A DNA stretch of 32,000 bases from an uncultured archaeon (lineage in GTDB: Archaea; Iainarchaeota; Iainarchaeia; Iainarchaeales; DATDZZ01): assembly GCA_964373795.1 (NCBI GenBank), contig CAYJVY010000004.1, positions 79,944 through 111,943 of the forward strand. Direction: 5' to 3'. Both the position numbers and the translations under genes were made by a program. The notes beneath the pieces are model-generated. The model was not told the DNA's origin and did no database searches. It was given only the letters and a program-made list of their open reading frames with translations. Below, piece by piece: positions 8,500-17,395 of the stretch; within the stretch, counting starts at the first letter, position 1, and every line of letters starts with the position of its first letter.

Positions 8500-10593
8500 A
8501 TGGATTTAATTATTTCTGAAAAAAATATTGCTGGAAAAAGAATTGCTGAAATCTTAGCTGGAAAAAAAATTGAAACAGAAATTGAAGGAAAATCAAATTC
8601 ATACAAATTCTCTAAAGAAGGAAAAGAATTCCTTGTAATTCCATTAAAAGGACATATTTTGGATGTGGATTTCCCAAAACAATTCAAGCAATGGCTTGGA
8701 ACCGATTTAAGAAAACTAATTAAATCAGAAATAGAATTCATTGAAACAGAGCCTTCAATAGTTTCTCTATTGAAAAAAAAAGCAAAAGACGCTCAAACAG
8801 TAATAATTGCAACAGATGCAGACAGAGAAGGAGAAGCAATTGGGGTAGAAGCCCTTCAAATAATTAAAAAAGTTAATTCAAAAATAAAAATTAAAAGAGC
8901 TTATTTTTCTGCAATTACTCCAAAAGACATTTCAAAAGCATTCAATAATTTAACTGAAGTTGACTACAACTTTGCTGACTCAGCTAATACTCGAAGAGAA
9001 ATTGATTTAATTTGGGGAGTGGTTCTAACTCGCTTTTTGTCATTAATTTCAGGAAGACTAGGAAAAGAATTTATTTCAGCTGGAAGAGTTCAAATGCCTA
9101 CTCTAGCACTAATAGTAAGCAGGGAAAAAGAACGCTTAGCTTTTGAAATAAAAAAATACTGGGTTTTAGAAGCATTATTTGAAAAAAACAAAAAAGAATT
9201 CACAGCAGAACACAAAGAAGGAAGGTTTTGGGAAAAAGAAAAAGCCGAACAAATTTTAAAGAAAAAAACAAACAAAGGAATTGTAAAAAAAGTTTCTTCA
9301 AGCAAAAAAGTTCTAAAAAAACCCTTGCCATTCAATACAACAGGATTTTTAAGATCTGCTTCAGCTCTAGGATTCAGTGCAGGAGAAGCAATGAATATAG
9401 CTGAATCACTTTACATGTCAGGATACACTAGTTATCCTAGAACAGATAACACTGTTTACCCTCAAAACCTGGATTTAAAAGAAATACTAAATGCATTAAT
9501 CTCTGTTCCAGAATTTATTGACGTAATTGAAAAAATTTTTTCATTAGGAGAATTAAATCCTTCAAAAGGAACTGAAACAAAAGATCATCCACCAATTCAC
9601 CCAGTTGCAAGTGCTTTAAAAGAAAAACTTTCATCAAAGGAATGGAAAATATATGAATTAATTTGCAGAAGATTTTTCGCTTCACTAGGAGAAGACGCTG
9701 AAACACTAAATCAATCAATTGAAATAGAATTAAACAAAGAACCATTTATTGCAAATGGACAAGTATTACTAAAAGCAGGGTGGAAAGAATTCTATCCATA
9801 CTCAGTTGTAAAAGAAGTAATTTTACCTGAATTAAAAAAAGGAGAAGAAGTTAACTTAAAAGATTTAAAAATGGAGGAAAAAGAAACCCAACCTCCAAAC
9901 AGGTATTCTCAAGGAAAATTAATTCAATTAATGGAAGAGTTAGGAATTGGAACTAAATCAACTAGGCACGAAATCTTAAACAAATTATATGCAAGAAAAT
10001 ACATTTCAGGATTAAAATCAATCGAACCAAACAAAATTGCTTTTGCAGTAATTGATTCATTAGAAAAACATAAAGCTCAAATAAATGAAGCAAAATTAAC
10101 TGCTGAATTAGAAAAAGAAATGGATAAAATTGCTGCAGCAAAAAAATCAAAAGAAGAAGTAGTAAACAATTCAAGAGAAATATTGGAAAAAATAATGGAA
10201 CAATTATTGAAAGAAAAAAACGAAATTGGCTCTGAATTAAGACAAGCAATTCGCGAGGACTCAATTCTAGTTGAATGCAATAAATGCAAAAAAGGAAATC
10301 TAAGAATAATGCATGGAAGAACAGGAAAAAGATTTGTTGGATGCACAAACTATCCTAAATGCAGCAATTCATTTCCTCTACCTCAAAATGGAAGAATAAT
10401 TCCGTTAAACAAAATTTGTGATCAATGCCAAAACATAATGATTAAAGTAATAAACAAACGCCCATACAACATGTGCATAACCCTTAATTGCCCTTCAAAA
10501 GCTGATTGGGGAAAGAAAAAAGAAACCAAAACAGAAGAAGAAAAAACTGAAATTGCAAAAGAAGAAACAGTGAAAGAAAAAATTGTTAAGTAA
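8500..10593 (+). CDS. topA: DNA topoisomerase, type IA
   Basis: It has a Toprim segment (IIATDADREGEAIG) and the active-site Tyr context GYTSYPRTDN. C-terminal zinc ribbons read CNKCKKG...CTNYPKC and CDQC...C. Confidence 0.95.
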   Translation: MDLIISEKNIAGKRIAEILAGKKIETEIEGKSNSYKFSKEGKEFLVIPLKGHILDVDFPKQFKQWLGTDLRKLIKSEIEFIETEPSIVSLLKKKAKDAQTVIIATDADREGEAIGVEALQIIKKVNSKIKIKRAYFSAITPKDISKAFNNLTEVDYNFADSANTRREIDLIWGVVLTRFLSLISGRLGKEFISAGRVQMPTLALIVSREKERLAFEIKKYWVLEALFEKNKKEFTAEHKEGRFWEKEKAEQILKKKTNKGIVKKVSSSKKVLKKPLPFNTTGFLRSASALGFSAGEAMNIAESLYMSGYTSYPRTDNTVYPQNLDLKEILNALISVPEFIDVIEKIFSLGELNPSKGTETKDHPPIHPVASALKEKLSSKEWKIYELICRRFFASLGEDAETLNQSIEIELNKEPFIANGQVLLKAGWKEFYPYSVVKEVILPELKKGEEVNLKDLKMEEKETQPPNRYSQGKLIQLMEELGIGTKSTRHEILNKLYARKYISGLKSIEPNKIAFAVIDSLEKHKAQINEAKLTAELEKEMDKIAAAKKSKEEVVNNSREILEKIMEQLLKEKNEIGSELRQAIREDSILVECNKCKKGNLRIMHGRTGKRFVGCTNYPKCSNSFPLPQNGRIIPLNKICDQCQNIMIKVINKRPYNMCITLNCPSKADWGKKKETKTEEEKTEIAKEETVKEKIVK

Positions 10594-11404
10594 ACTTTTG
10601 AATTTGTTTCCTTGTTTTTGCTTTTTTCCACATACTAAAAAAATAGTTTCTAAATGAATCTGCAATTTCTTGACTTTGAATAAGAAAAGCGTATGGTTTT
10701 TCCTTCCAAACAGTCATCAAAACTTTATCTTTATACATGTTTGCAATTGAAGGCGTATGCAACTCTCTTTGAATATATCTTACTTCTGTGAGTTTTTCCT
10801 CTTCCCTATCCTTTCCTACAGAATCTCTCAAATTCTCATGTATAAGAATTTGGAGTTTGACTTTTTTTGCAGCTCTTCTAAGCTGAAAACCGCGAATAAA
10901 CTTTCTAAATTTTTCAGGAGTTTCAGGAAGTTGTGTTACTCCAAGTGCTTGATATGTTTCGCCAGATTTCAGGCGTTCATAAAAATCATCAAATGCTGTT
11001 TTCATTCCTTTCCAGCCTTCAAAAACAGTTGCAGAATGCAATTCTTTCTCTCTATGCATTGATAAAAGTTTAGGAATTAATTCTTTTACTTCTTCTTTTT
11101 GTTTTTCAATATTTTTTGATTTTTGATTTAAGAAATCAAGTAACCTATTAGGATTAGAAGCTTCAAAAATTTTTATTTTCTGTTTAATAAAATAACTAAC
11201 CAAACCTTTTGAAATTAAGGAATTCAAACAAAAATATACAGTTGTTTTCTGCAAATTTATATCGGAAACAATTTGTCCAACTTTTGACGCTCCTAATTTA
11301 TGTAATGAAAGGTAAACTTTTATTTCTCCTTCAGTTAAACCAATGTCTTGTAAAACAGGTTTCATATAGTGAAAAAGAACCAAAAACAATTTATTTATAT
11401 ACAT
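10586..11404 (-). CDS. TrmB family transcriptional regulator
   Basis: LQDIGLTEGEIKVYLSLHKLGASKVGQIVSDINLQKTTVYFCLNSLISKGLV is the TrmB N-terminal wHTH. The alternative start is Met14 at 11365. A palindromic TATA at 11434..11441 fits a near-leaderless start at 11404. Confidence 0.8.
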   Translation of the reverse strand: MYINKLFLVLFHYMKPVLQDIGLTEGEIKVYLSLHKLGASKVGQIVSDINLQKTTVYFCLNSLISKGLVSYFIKQKIKIFEASNPNRLLDFLNQKSKNIEKQKEEVKELIPKLLSMHREKELHSATVFEGWKGMKTAFDDFYERLKSGETYQALGVTQLPETPEKFRKFIRGFQLRRAAKKVKLQILIHENLRDSVGKDREEEKLTEVRYIQRELHTPSIANMYKDKVLMTVWKEKPYAFLIQSQEIADSFRNYFFSMWKKAKTRKQIQKFT

Positions 11405-11461
11405 TAGTAGGCTAGTAACTGTACTACTAATTTCTTTAAACTAAAATAACGTAAATTTGTT

Positions 11462-11809
11462 ATGCTGAACATAATTTCTGCAATTATTTCATTTGATTTA
11501 GGATTAATACTAAAAATAATATTTGCAAACAGTTACTGGTTTTTTGCATTTATTTTATTTTTTTATTACAGATTTGAAAACAGAAAAATGATTGAATTTA
11601 TTTTTTCTTTTGCATTAATTTTTGGAATGTTTTTTGTATTTGATTTACTTAAAATAAATTTTATTGGAAAAACATTTCCTTTTGAAACCATTGGCGTTAT
11701 TGCCACTGCTTTGCCAATTTTTCTCCAAAAAACAAGGTTTGAAAAAAGTAGTGGAAAAATCGTTCTAAGCTTAATAGTTTTTTTAAGCATTTTTTTCAGT
11801 TGGTTTTAA
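11462..11809 (+). CDS. small integral membrane protein
   Basis: It has four hydrophobic spans and is divergent from the TrmB gene across a 57-nt spacer. Confidence 0.5.
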   Translation: MLNIISAIISFDLGLILKIIFANSYWFFAFILFFYYRFENRKMIEFIFSFALIFGMFFVFDLLKINFIGKTFPFETIGVIATALPIFLQKTRFEKSSGKIVLSLIVFLSIFFSWF

Positions 11810-11848
11810 AAACCAAAAATTTAAATTAAAGTTAACTCTAATTCTAGC

Positions 11849-12526
11849 ATGTGGATTGCAAAACTCAAAATCACTCATCAAGGTTCATTAACAATTCCTT
11901 ATGCAAAAAAGCACAACATTACTATTCTTGCTTATCCAATGAATCATTATTTCGAAGGAAACACAGGATACTTGACAACTGGACACTTTGTTTTAGGCAG
12001 AGAAGAAGACAGAATAAATTATTTCAATGATGTAATAAAAAACAAACGAGTACTTGACTATGAAATGTCTGGAAACCTATTAATTTACACTTTTTCTCAT
12101 CCAAGAACAGAAACACATTTACAGGCATGGTTTTCGCCTCAAATAATGTTTTTGAAACCTGCTGCAGTAAAACCTGACGGATTTCAATACTACGAACTAG
12201 CTTCTTGGAAGAAAGAAAACCTTGCAGACTTAATAAAGAAATTAAAAAAACACGCAAGTGTTGAAATACTCTCATTAAAGAATGAACCAATTACAGATAT
12301 TTTTACTCCACACTTAATGCCTCCACTAAGCAAGAAACAAAAGGAAACAATTATGCTTGCCTACGAGTATGGCTACTATAATTATCCTAAAGGAATCAAC
12401 ATAAGAAAATTAGCAAAAAAAATTGGGTTAAGCGAGTCAACACTGCAAGAGCATTTGCGTTTGGCTGAAGGAAAATTAATGCCTTTCCTGCTTGAAAATA
12501 TTGTACACAAAAAACCCGAAACATAG
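11849..12526 (+). CDS. HTH_10 (bacterio-opsin activator type) DNA-binding protein
   Basis: The C-terminus LSKKQKETIMLAYEYGYYNYPKGINIRKLAKKIGLSESTLQEHLRLAEGKLM matches the Bat-type HTH pattern. Confidence 0.75.
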   Translation: MWIAKLKITHQGSLTIPYAKKHNITILAYPMNHYFEGNTGYLTTGHFVLGREEDRINYFNDVIKNKRVLDYEMSGNLLIYTFSHPRTETHLQAWFSPQIMFLKPAAVKPDGFQYYELASWKKENLADLIKKLKKHASVEILSLKNEPITDIFTPHLMPPLSKKQKETIMLAYEYGYYNYPKGINIRKLAKKIGLSESTLQEHLRLAEGKLMPFLLENIVHKKPET

Positions 12527-12589
12527 TGGGAAAATTAACTTTAACCAGTTAAAGCATTAATTACATACGGATTTTGTGGAGAACTTGTT

Positions 12590-14071
12590 ATGGAAACAAA
12601 GTGGTTATTTGTAGAGGAAATTCCAAATTCACACCCATTTGTTTTGGAGGGCGTGTGGAGATTTATTTCAACAAAATTTGAAAAAGAATACTCTGGAAAA
12701 ATTTCTACTGCTCTGGCTTTTGAGAAAGGAACCTCGTACCTTTACATTAATTCTGCTGATTGGAAAAGAGCAGGGAAAAGCGTATTTGCAAAAGTTGTTT
12801 CGGATCCTAATTGGATGCTGGAGAAAAACAAAACTAATGAAGAAATACAAACAAGGCTGTACACTTTATATTCAGAAATTGGGAAAAAGCCAGTATCAAA
12901 ACTTTCAACTTCTGAGCTTCTTGATTTGTTGCAGAACTGGTTAGACGAATATGAATTAGGAATCTCTATCGGCTGGATTGACATGGCAATGGAATTCCCA
13001 CACGAATTACTGTCAAACTATCTAAAAGATTATTTGAAGAAAAAAATTCATGAACAAAAATTAAGATATCATGAGTCAGAATTATTTACTGTTTTTTCAA
13101 CTCCTGTTAGAGAAACTTGGGCAAAAAGAGAAGAAAAAAGTTTACTAAAGATTTGTTTGGAAATAAAGAATAAATATGATTCAGTTGACTTGAATACTCT
13201 TAAGTCTTTGGAAGAGCATTTTCAAAAATTCAAATGGTTGTCCTACATGTACGTTGGCCCGGCACAGGAAAAATCATATTACATTGACTTAATACATGAA
13301 CTTTTTTCGGAGAATTTGGATTTTGAAGGTAAATTAAAAAGATTGGAAAACGAAGGTAAAGAGTTTGAAAAGAAAAAGCATAAATACTTGAATGAACTGC
13401 AGGCTGATGAAACGCATAAAAAATTGTTGCAAATAGCTGAAAACCTTGTCTGGTTAAAGGATTATAGAAAAAACCAAATTTTGTTCAGTTTTTATTCAGT
13501 TGAAAAATTGTTAAAAGAAATATCAAAGAGATTTGGTTTATCCCTAAACCAGTTAAGGTTTGTCACACCTTTTGAAGCTAAAAAATATTTACAATCAAAC
13601 TTTTCTCCTGAAGAATTGAACACTAGATACAATGCATGTGTTTATTTGTTTGACAAAGGAACAAACAGCTTTTATGTTGGAGAAGAAGCTAAAAAATTCC
13701 ATGAATCAATTAAGCCTAAAGAAACTTTTGACCTTAGTGTAACTGTGTTGCGTGGAAGTACTGCTGTTCCTGGCAAGGTAAAAGGCAGGATAAAATTAGT
13801 TATTCTGCCAAAAGATATGCCTAAGATGAATCAAGGCGATATTTTGGTTGCACATGCAACAAATCCCGACGTAGTTCCTGCAATGAAAAAAGCTGCGGCA
13901 ATAATTGCTGATGTGGGTGGATTGACATGTCATGCTGCAATTGTTTCAAGAGAAATGGGAACTCCATGCATTGTAGGAACAAAATATGCAACAAAACTAC
14001 TCAAAGACAACGACTTAGTAGAAGTGGATGCAACTAACGGAGTTATAAGAATTCTGAAAAAAGCAAAATAG
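12590..14071 (+). CDS. PEP-utilising enzyme mobile (swivel phosphohistidine) domain protein with an unassigned 380-aa N-terminal region
   Basis: The C-terminus is GDILVAHATNPDVVPAMKKAAAIIADVGGLTCHAAIVSREMGTPCIVG. No ATP-grasp or PEP/pyruvate barrel motif was seen. Confidence 0.8.
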   Translation: METKWLFVEEIPNSHPFVLEGVWRFISTKFEKEYSGKISTALAFEKGTSYLYINSADWKRAGKSVFAKVVSDPNWMLEKNKTNEEIQTRLYTLYSEIGKKPVSKLSTSELLDLLQNWLDEYELGISIGWIDMAMEFPHELLSNYLKDYLKKKIHEQKLRYHESELFTVFSTPVRETWAKREEKSLLKICLEIKNKYDSVDLNTLKSLEEHFQKFKWLSYMYVGPAQEKSYYIDLIHELFSENLDFEGKLKRLENEGKEFEKKKHKYLNELQADETHKKLLQIAENLVWLKDYRKNQILFSFYSVEKLLKEISKRFGLSLNQLRFVTPFEAKKYLQSNFSPEELNTRYNACVYLFDKGTNSFYVGEEAKKFHESIKPKETFDLSVTVLRGSTAVPGKVKGRIKLVILPKDMPKMNQGDILVAHATNPDVVPAMKKAAAIIADVGGLTCHAAIVSREMGTPCIVGTKYATKLLKDNDLVEVDATNGVIRILKKAK

Positions 14072-14079
14072 TGTAGTGT

Positions 14080-14964
14080 CTAACTCTTTAATGCCTGGTG
14101 CCTACTTTTGAAATTTTGAAGAATTTGCTCTTTGAAGTTTTTTGCTACTTCTGGATTTTTGAAGTAAATGAATCTAATGTTTCCTTTTGTGTTAAGCAAT
14201 TTGTTTAATTCAGAGCTTTTTATTTCATCTATTGATTTATATTTTTTGATTAATTCTTTTATTTTGTTAAAAATATTTTTTGGATAATATACTTGGACAA
14301 TATTGTAACCAAGAACGTTTACATCTATTCCTTCTTGGAAAATAGGTTCTTTTGCTGTAATTGTTTTTGTTCCCATAAAAGTGTTATTTTTTGCCGCGAA
14401 TTCATTAATCAGGTTTTTTCCAGCATAAACAATCCAAGACTTGACGCCTTTCTTGTTATAATACTCCCATAAACTTGTTTCATTTCCTAAATTAATCATC
14501 CACCACCACCCAAAATTTAAGCCTCCAAGAACTTCCTTTGGTTCTCCTGACGCAAGATTATCAACCCACTGAAGCATTATGTCAGACCAAAAATTGTCTA
14601 ACTCAAACAAGCTGCTTAACTTGTATTCTGCATAATCCTGTTCTTTGAATAATTTGTTAAAAACTTTTGAATGAACTTTGCTATAATATGTTTCAGACAG
14701 TTTGTCAAAAAATTTCTTTGAATCAAAAATCCATTTTTTTGAAATCTCATATTCTTTGCTTTGGTTTTTTGACAAAACCCCTGCATCAAGTAAAAGATTT
14801 GCAGCTTTTCTTGTTGCCTGAAATGAAACACTTGTTTTGAATTCCTTTCCAAGTTTTCTATGCAATTTCATCAGGCTCAAAGGATGCTCTTTTGATAGAA
14901 CCTGTATTATCTGAATTTTTACAAGTTCTTTTCCTTTTTGTGCAGTCAAAAAATCCAATGCCAT
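14080..14964 (-). CDS. hypothetical protein with N-terminal winged-helix-like region
   Basis: The N-terminal ~80 aa (IQIIQVLSKEHPLSLMKLHRKLGKEFKTSVSFQATRKAANLLLDAGVL) look like a wHTH. The Trp-rich C-terminal domain (GGLNFGWWWMINLG) is unassigned. Confidence 0.5.
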   Translation of the reverse strand: MALDFLTAQKGKELVKIQIIQVLSKEHPLSLMKLHRKLGKEFKTSVSFQATRKAANLLLDAGVLSKNQSKEYEISKKWIFDSKKFFDKLSETYYSKVHSKVFNKLFKEQDYAEYKLSSLFELDNFWSDIMLQWVDNLASGEPKEVLGGLNFGWWWMINLGNETSLWEYYNKKGVKSWIVYAGKNLINEFAAKNNTFMGTKTITAKEPIFQEGIDVNVLGYNIVQVYYPKNIFNKIKELIKKYKSIDEIKSSELNKLLNTKGNIRFIYFKNPEVAKNFKEQILQNFKSRHQALKS

Positions 14965-15073
14965 AAAATGCTTTCACGTCACCTTGTTATTAAATCTTTC
15001 TGTAATAGTGAACCTTTTGGTTCACTGATAACTTAACTCAAATTATTTAACCTTGCATGAGGTCAATTTGTTT

Positions 15074-15409
15074 ATGAACAAAAAATTCCCAATAACTGAT
15101 TCCTTAGCAAATGGCGAATTCTTCGATGTAAGAATTCCGTCAAAGCATTTGAATTATGAGTCAAGATTGGATGTAATTTTTTCTTTTGTTAAAGATAAAT
15201 TGGAGGAACAAAAATATTTGTCTAAAACACTTTTGAACATTGTTGCAGGATTATTTATTGTATTAATGATCTTGATTTTCAACAACATGTTTGTTGTTTT
15301 TCTTTTTCCCCTGAGTTGGTTTGCGTTAAAGAATTATGCAAAATATGCTGAGAAAAGATTTAGAGATAACAGATATTATGCAAAAAGAGTGGTTGTAGTT
15401 GAAAGTTGA
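15074..15409 (+). CDS. small membrane protein
   Basis: ATG lies 10 nt after TGAGGT. It has one or two hydrophobic spans (LLNIVAGLFIVLMILIFNNMFVVFLFPLSWF). The tracked ORF starts at an upstream TTG, 15053. Confidence 0.45.
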   Translation: MNKKFPITDSLANGEFFDVRIPSKHLNYESRLDVIFSFVKDKLEEQKYLSKTLLNIVAGLFIVLMILIFNNMFVVFLFPLSWFALKNYAKYAEKRFRDNRYYAKRVVVVES

Positions 15410-15425
15410 AATTTAAGGTGATTAA

Positions 15426-16877
15426 ATGACTGATTGGATTATTTTTGCTCGCTGGAATGCACTGCCTTTAGATAATTCAGAATTTGCAGATAAGTATTAT
15501 CAAAACGAATTTAAAAAAATTATTGGCACCAGTTTTACTTGCTTTGATGCAATAGTGGATGGTGCATCCAATAGATATAATCCTAAAGCTGAAGCAAATG
15601 AACTTTTTTCAATTTCTTTATCCAAACTAGAAGAAGAAAACTTTTTTGAATCTCATTTAGAAAGGTACGAATTATCTGCACAAAATATAAGGGACTTCTT
15701 GAAAGAATCTAGTTTAATTGATTTCCCAAAATTATCTTTTACTGAGCTATATGATTTGTTTAAAGAATCTGTCAAATTGAATTCTGTTGTTAATGCTTAC
15801 ACTAATGTGTTTTATTTTATTGGAATGTGTTTTGGAAAAGAACTTAAAAACTACTTATCTGAAGAGCTTAAGGATGAGAAAAAAGCTAATGAGTATTTTA
15901 TTGCCCTACAAAAACCAATTAAAGATACTATTTTAACTAAGGAGAAAAATGCCTTGAAAAAAATTCTTGAAAAAGCTTTATTTGGTAATCCTGAATTACA
16001 AAATAAGGAAAGCTCGTATGATTTTCTTTTTTCTTTGCCAAATATTCAGCAAGACTTGGAAAAACATAGAGAAGAATTTTCTTGGATTCCTACACTGACT
16101 GGTGCGCCTCCATGGACTAAAAGAGATTTTGTTAATGAAATGATTGAATTACTCAAAACACCTAAAAAAGCAGAACATGAAACTATTGAAATAGATTTAG
16201 AATTGCCTGAAAAAATTAAAAAAATAATTAATTTCTTGAAAATTGCGGCATACATTAAAGATGATGTAGAGGCTCTTTATTCTTATAAAAACTTTACTTT
16301 TAGAAGGAAATTCTTAGAGGAATTAAGTAAAAGATTTTTTATTGATATTAATTCTTTAAGGTTATTCACACAAGATGAATTGCTGTCTTTATTAAAGGAG
16401 CAAAAAATTGATGAAAGTATTTTGAATTTAAGGAAAAAGTTTTGGACATTATATGCTGATGGCAGCTCACTACATATCATTACAGGAAAAGCAGCTCTTA
16501 TTCTAAAGAATTCCATAATAAAGGAAGAAGAAATCGATTTTTCCATTAGTGAACTAAAAGGTTTAACTGGTTCAGTGGGAAAAATAAGTGGAAGAGTAAA
16601 AATTTTAATGAGGGTTGAAGATCTAGATATAGTTCAAAAAGGAGATGTGTTGGTTTCCTTAAATACAATGGTTGACTTTGTTCCTGCAATGAAAAGAGCC
16701 AGTGCAATAATAACTGAAATTGGCGGAATTACTTCTCATGCTGCAATAGTTTCACGTGAATTTGGAATTCCATGCATTACAGATGTAAAAAATGCTACAA
16801 AGATTTTGAAAAATAATGATTTGATAGAGGTTGACGCAAACAACGGAGTTATAAGAATTTTAAAAAAAGCAAAATAA
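15426..16877 (+). CDS. PEP-utilising enzyme mobile domain protein, paralog of 12590..14071
   Basis: RBS is AAGGTGA. The C-terminus is GDVLVSLNTMVDFVPAMKRASAIITEIGGITSHAAIVSREFGIPCITD, and similarity to the paralog runs the full length. Confidence 0.8.
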   Translation: MTDWIIFARWNALPLDNSEFADKYYQNEFKKIIGTSFTCFDAIVDGASNRYNPKAEANELFSISLSKLEEENFFESHLERYELSAQNIRDFLKESSLIDFPKLSFTELYDLFKESVKLNSVVNAYTNVFYFIGMCFGKELKNYLSEELKDEKKANEYFIALQKPIKDTILTKEKNALKKILEKALFGNPELQNKESSYDFLFSLPNIQQDLEKHREEFSWIPTLTGAPPWTKRDFVNEMIELLKTPKKAEHETIEIDLELPEKIKKIINFLKIAAYIKDDVEALYSYKNFTFRRKFLEELSKRFFIDINSLRLFTQDELLSLLKEQKIDESILNLRKKFWTLYADGSSLHIITGKAALILKNSIIKEEEIDFSISELKGLTGSVGKISGRVKILMRVEDLDIVQKGDVLVSLNTMVDFVPAMKRASAIITEIGGITSHAAIVSREFGIPCITDVKNATKILKNNDLIEVDANNGVIRILKKAK

Positions 16878-16897
16878 TTAAGAAAAATTTCTTTTGC

Positions 16898-16928
16898 AAA
16901 CTTTTCTTTTCAAAAGAAAAGTTTTTTT
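16898..16928 (+). terminator. hairpin plus oligo-T terminator-like element
   Basis: AAACTTTTCTTTT-C-AAAAGAAAAGTTT has perfect 13-nt arms followed by a T run, 21 nt after the stop of 15426..16877. Confidence 0.4.
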
Positions 16929-16933
16929 AGAAT

Positions 16934-16982
16934 GGATAGGACGAAAAAAAATTAGTTCAAGCTAGAGCTTGTGAGCCTATCC
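16934..16982. other. GC-enriched nested hairpin of unknown role
   Basis: GGATAGG (16934-40) pairs with CCTATCC (16976-82). The pair encloses the palindrome CAAGCTAGAGCTTG (16958-71). Confidence 0.25.
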
Positions 16983-17164
16983 CATCCACCCTAAAAATCT
17001 TACACGAATTTACTTATAACATAACTCTATAATATTACCATATTTATATATTAAGTAATTTTAAGTATGATATTAAAGATATTCAAAATATTTAAAGTGT
17101 AAAAATCACAACATCAAAAAACTCTTTAATAACGATTTAAAACTGCTTGAAAATTTCATAAGAA

Positions 17165-17268
17165 CTGCAGGGGCACAAAAAAAACCAGTTACGCTTGGTG
17201 GGCTTGCCCCTGGTCTTATTCTTCGGATTGATTTAATTTATTCACTTTGAAGTTATCCCTCCGAGTTG
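17165..17268. ncRNA. candidate small structured RNA (class unknown)
   Basis: CAGGGGCA (17168-75) pairs with TGCCCCTG (17205-12) around an inner CCAG/TTGG hairpin. A second TTCGGA/TCCGAG pairing lies at 17222-27 and 17260-65. 17 of 25 nt are G/C in 17191-17215, within an AT-rich 515-bp spacer. Confidence 0.2.
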
Positions 17269-17395
17269 TTAAACTACAATTATATAGTGTTCCAAGTTTT
17301 TAAGTATTAAGTAAATTTAGGCATTTAAAAATTACATTTAAATAATTTTCTATGTAACATTTAATACATTTAAACTCTGTTTTAAAGGTGTTTTT

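Noticed and set aside
9090-10631. Antisense ORFs inside the topoisomerase gene (9090..9335, 9515..9745, 9962..10348, 10077..10346, 10422..10631)
   Set aside because: These are Leu/Phe-rich translations of the complement of Lys/Glu-rich coding sequence. The sense strand carries unambiguous Toprim, active-site and zinc-ribbon motifs.
946-12984. Other short internal or antisense ORFs in the track (946..1167, 4226..4462, 5609..5815, 7113..7403, 8415..8741, 10757..11062, 11209..11415, 11566..11790, 12024..12290, 12639..12944, 12668..12850, 12742..12984)
   Set aside because: All lie within or opposite longer ORFs that have motif or context support. They have low-complexity sequences typical of alternative-frame translation of AT-rich genes.
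14020-16877. Near-identical 3' ends of the two PEP-swivel genes (AACGGAGTTATAAGAATT...AAAAAAGCAAAATA) as evidence of recent gene conversion
   Set aside because: The identity covers only ~35 nt encoding the identical peptide NGVIRILKKAK. With strong AT-biased codon choice, identical codons are expected, and the rest of the genes are well diverged at the nucleotide level.
16878-17395. Long AT-rich spacer as a replication origin
   Set aside because: There are no repeated ORB-like boxes and no orc1/cdc6 gene nearby. The two GC-rich islands are not copies of each other.
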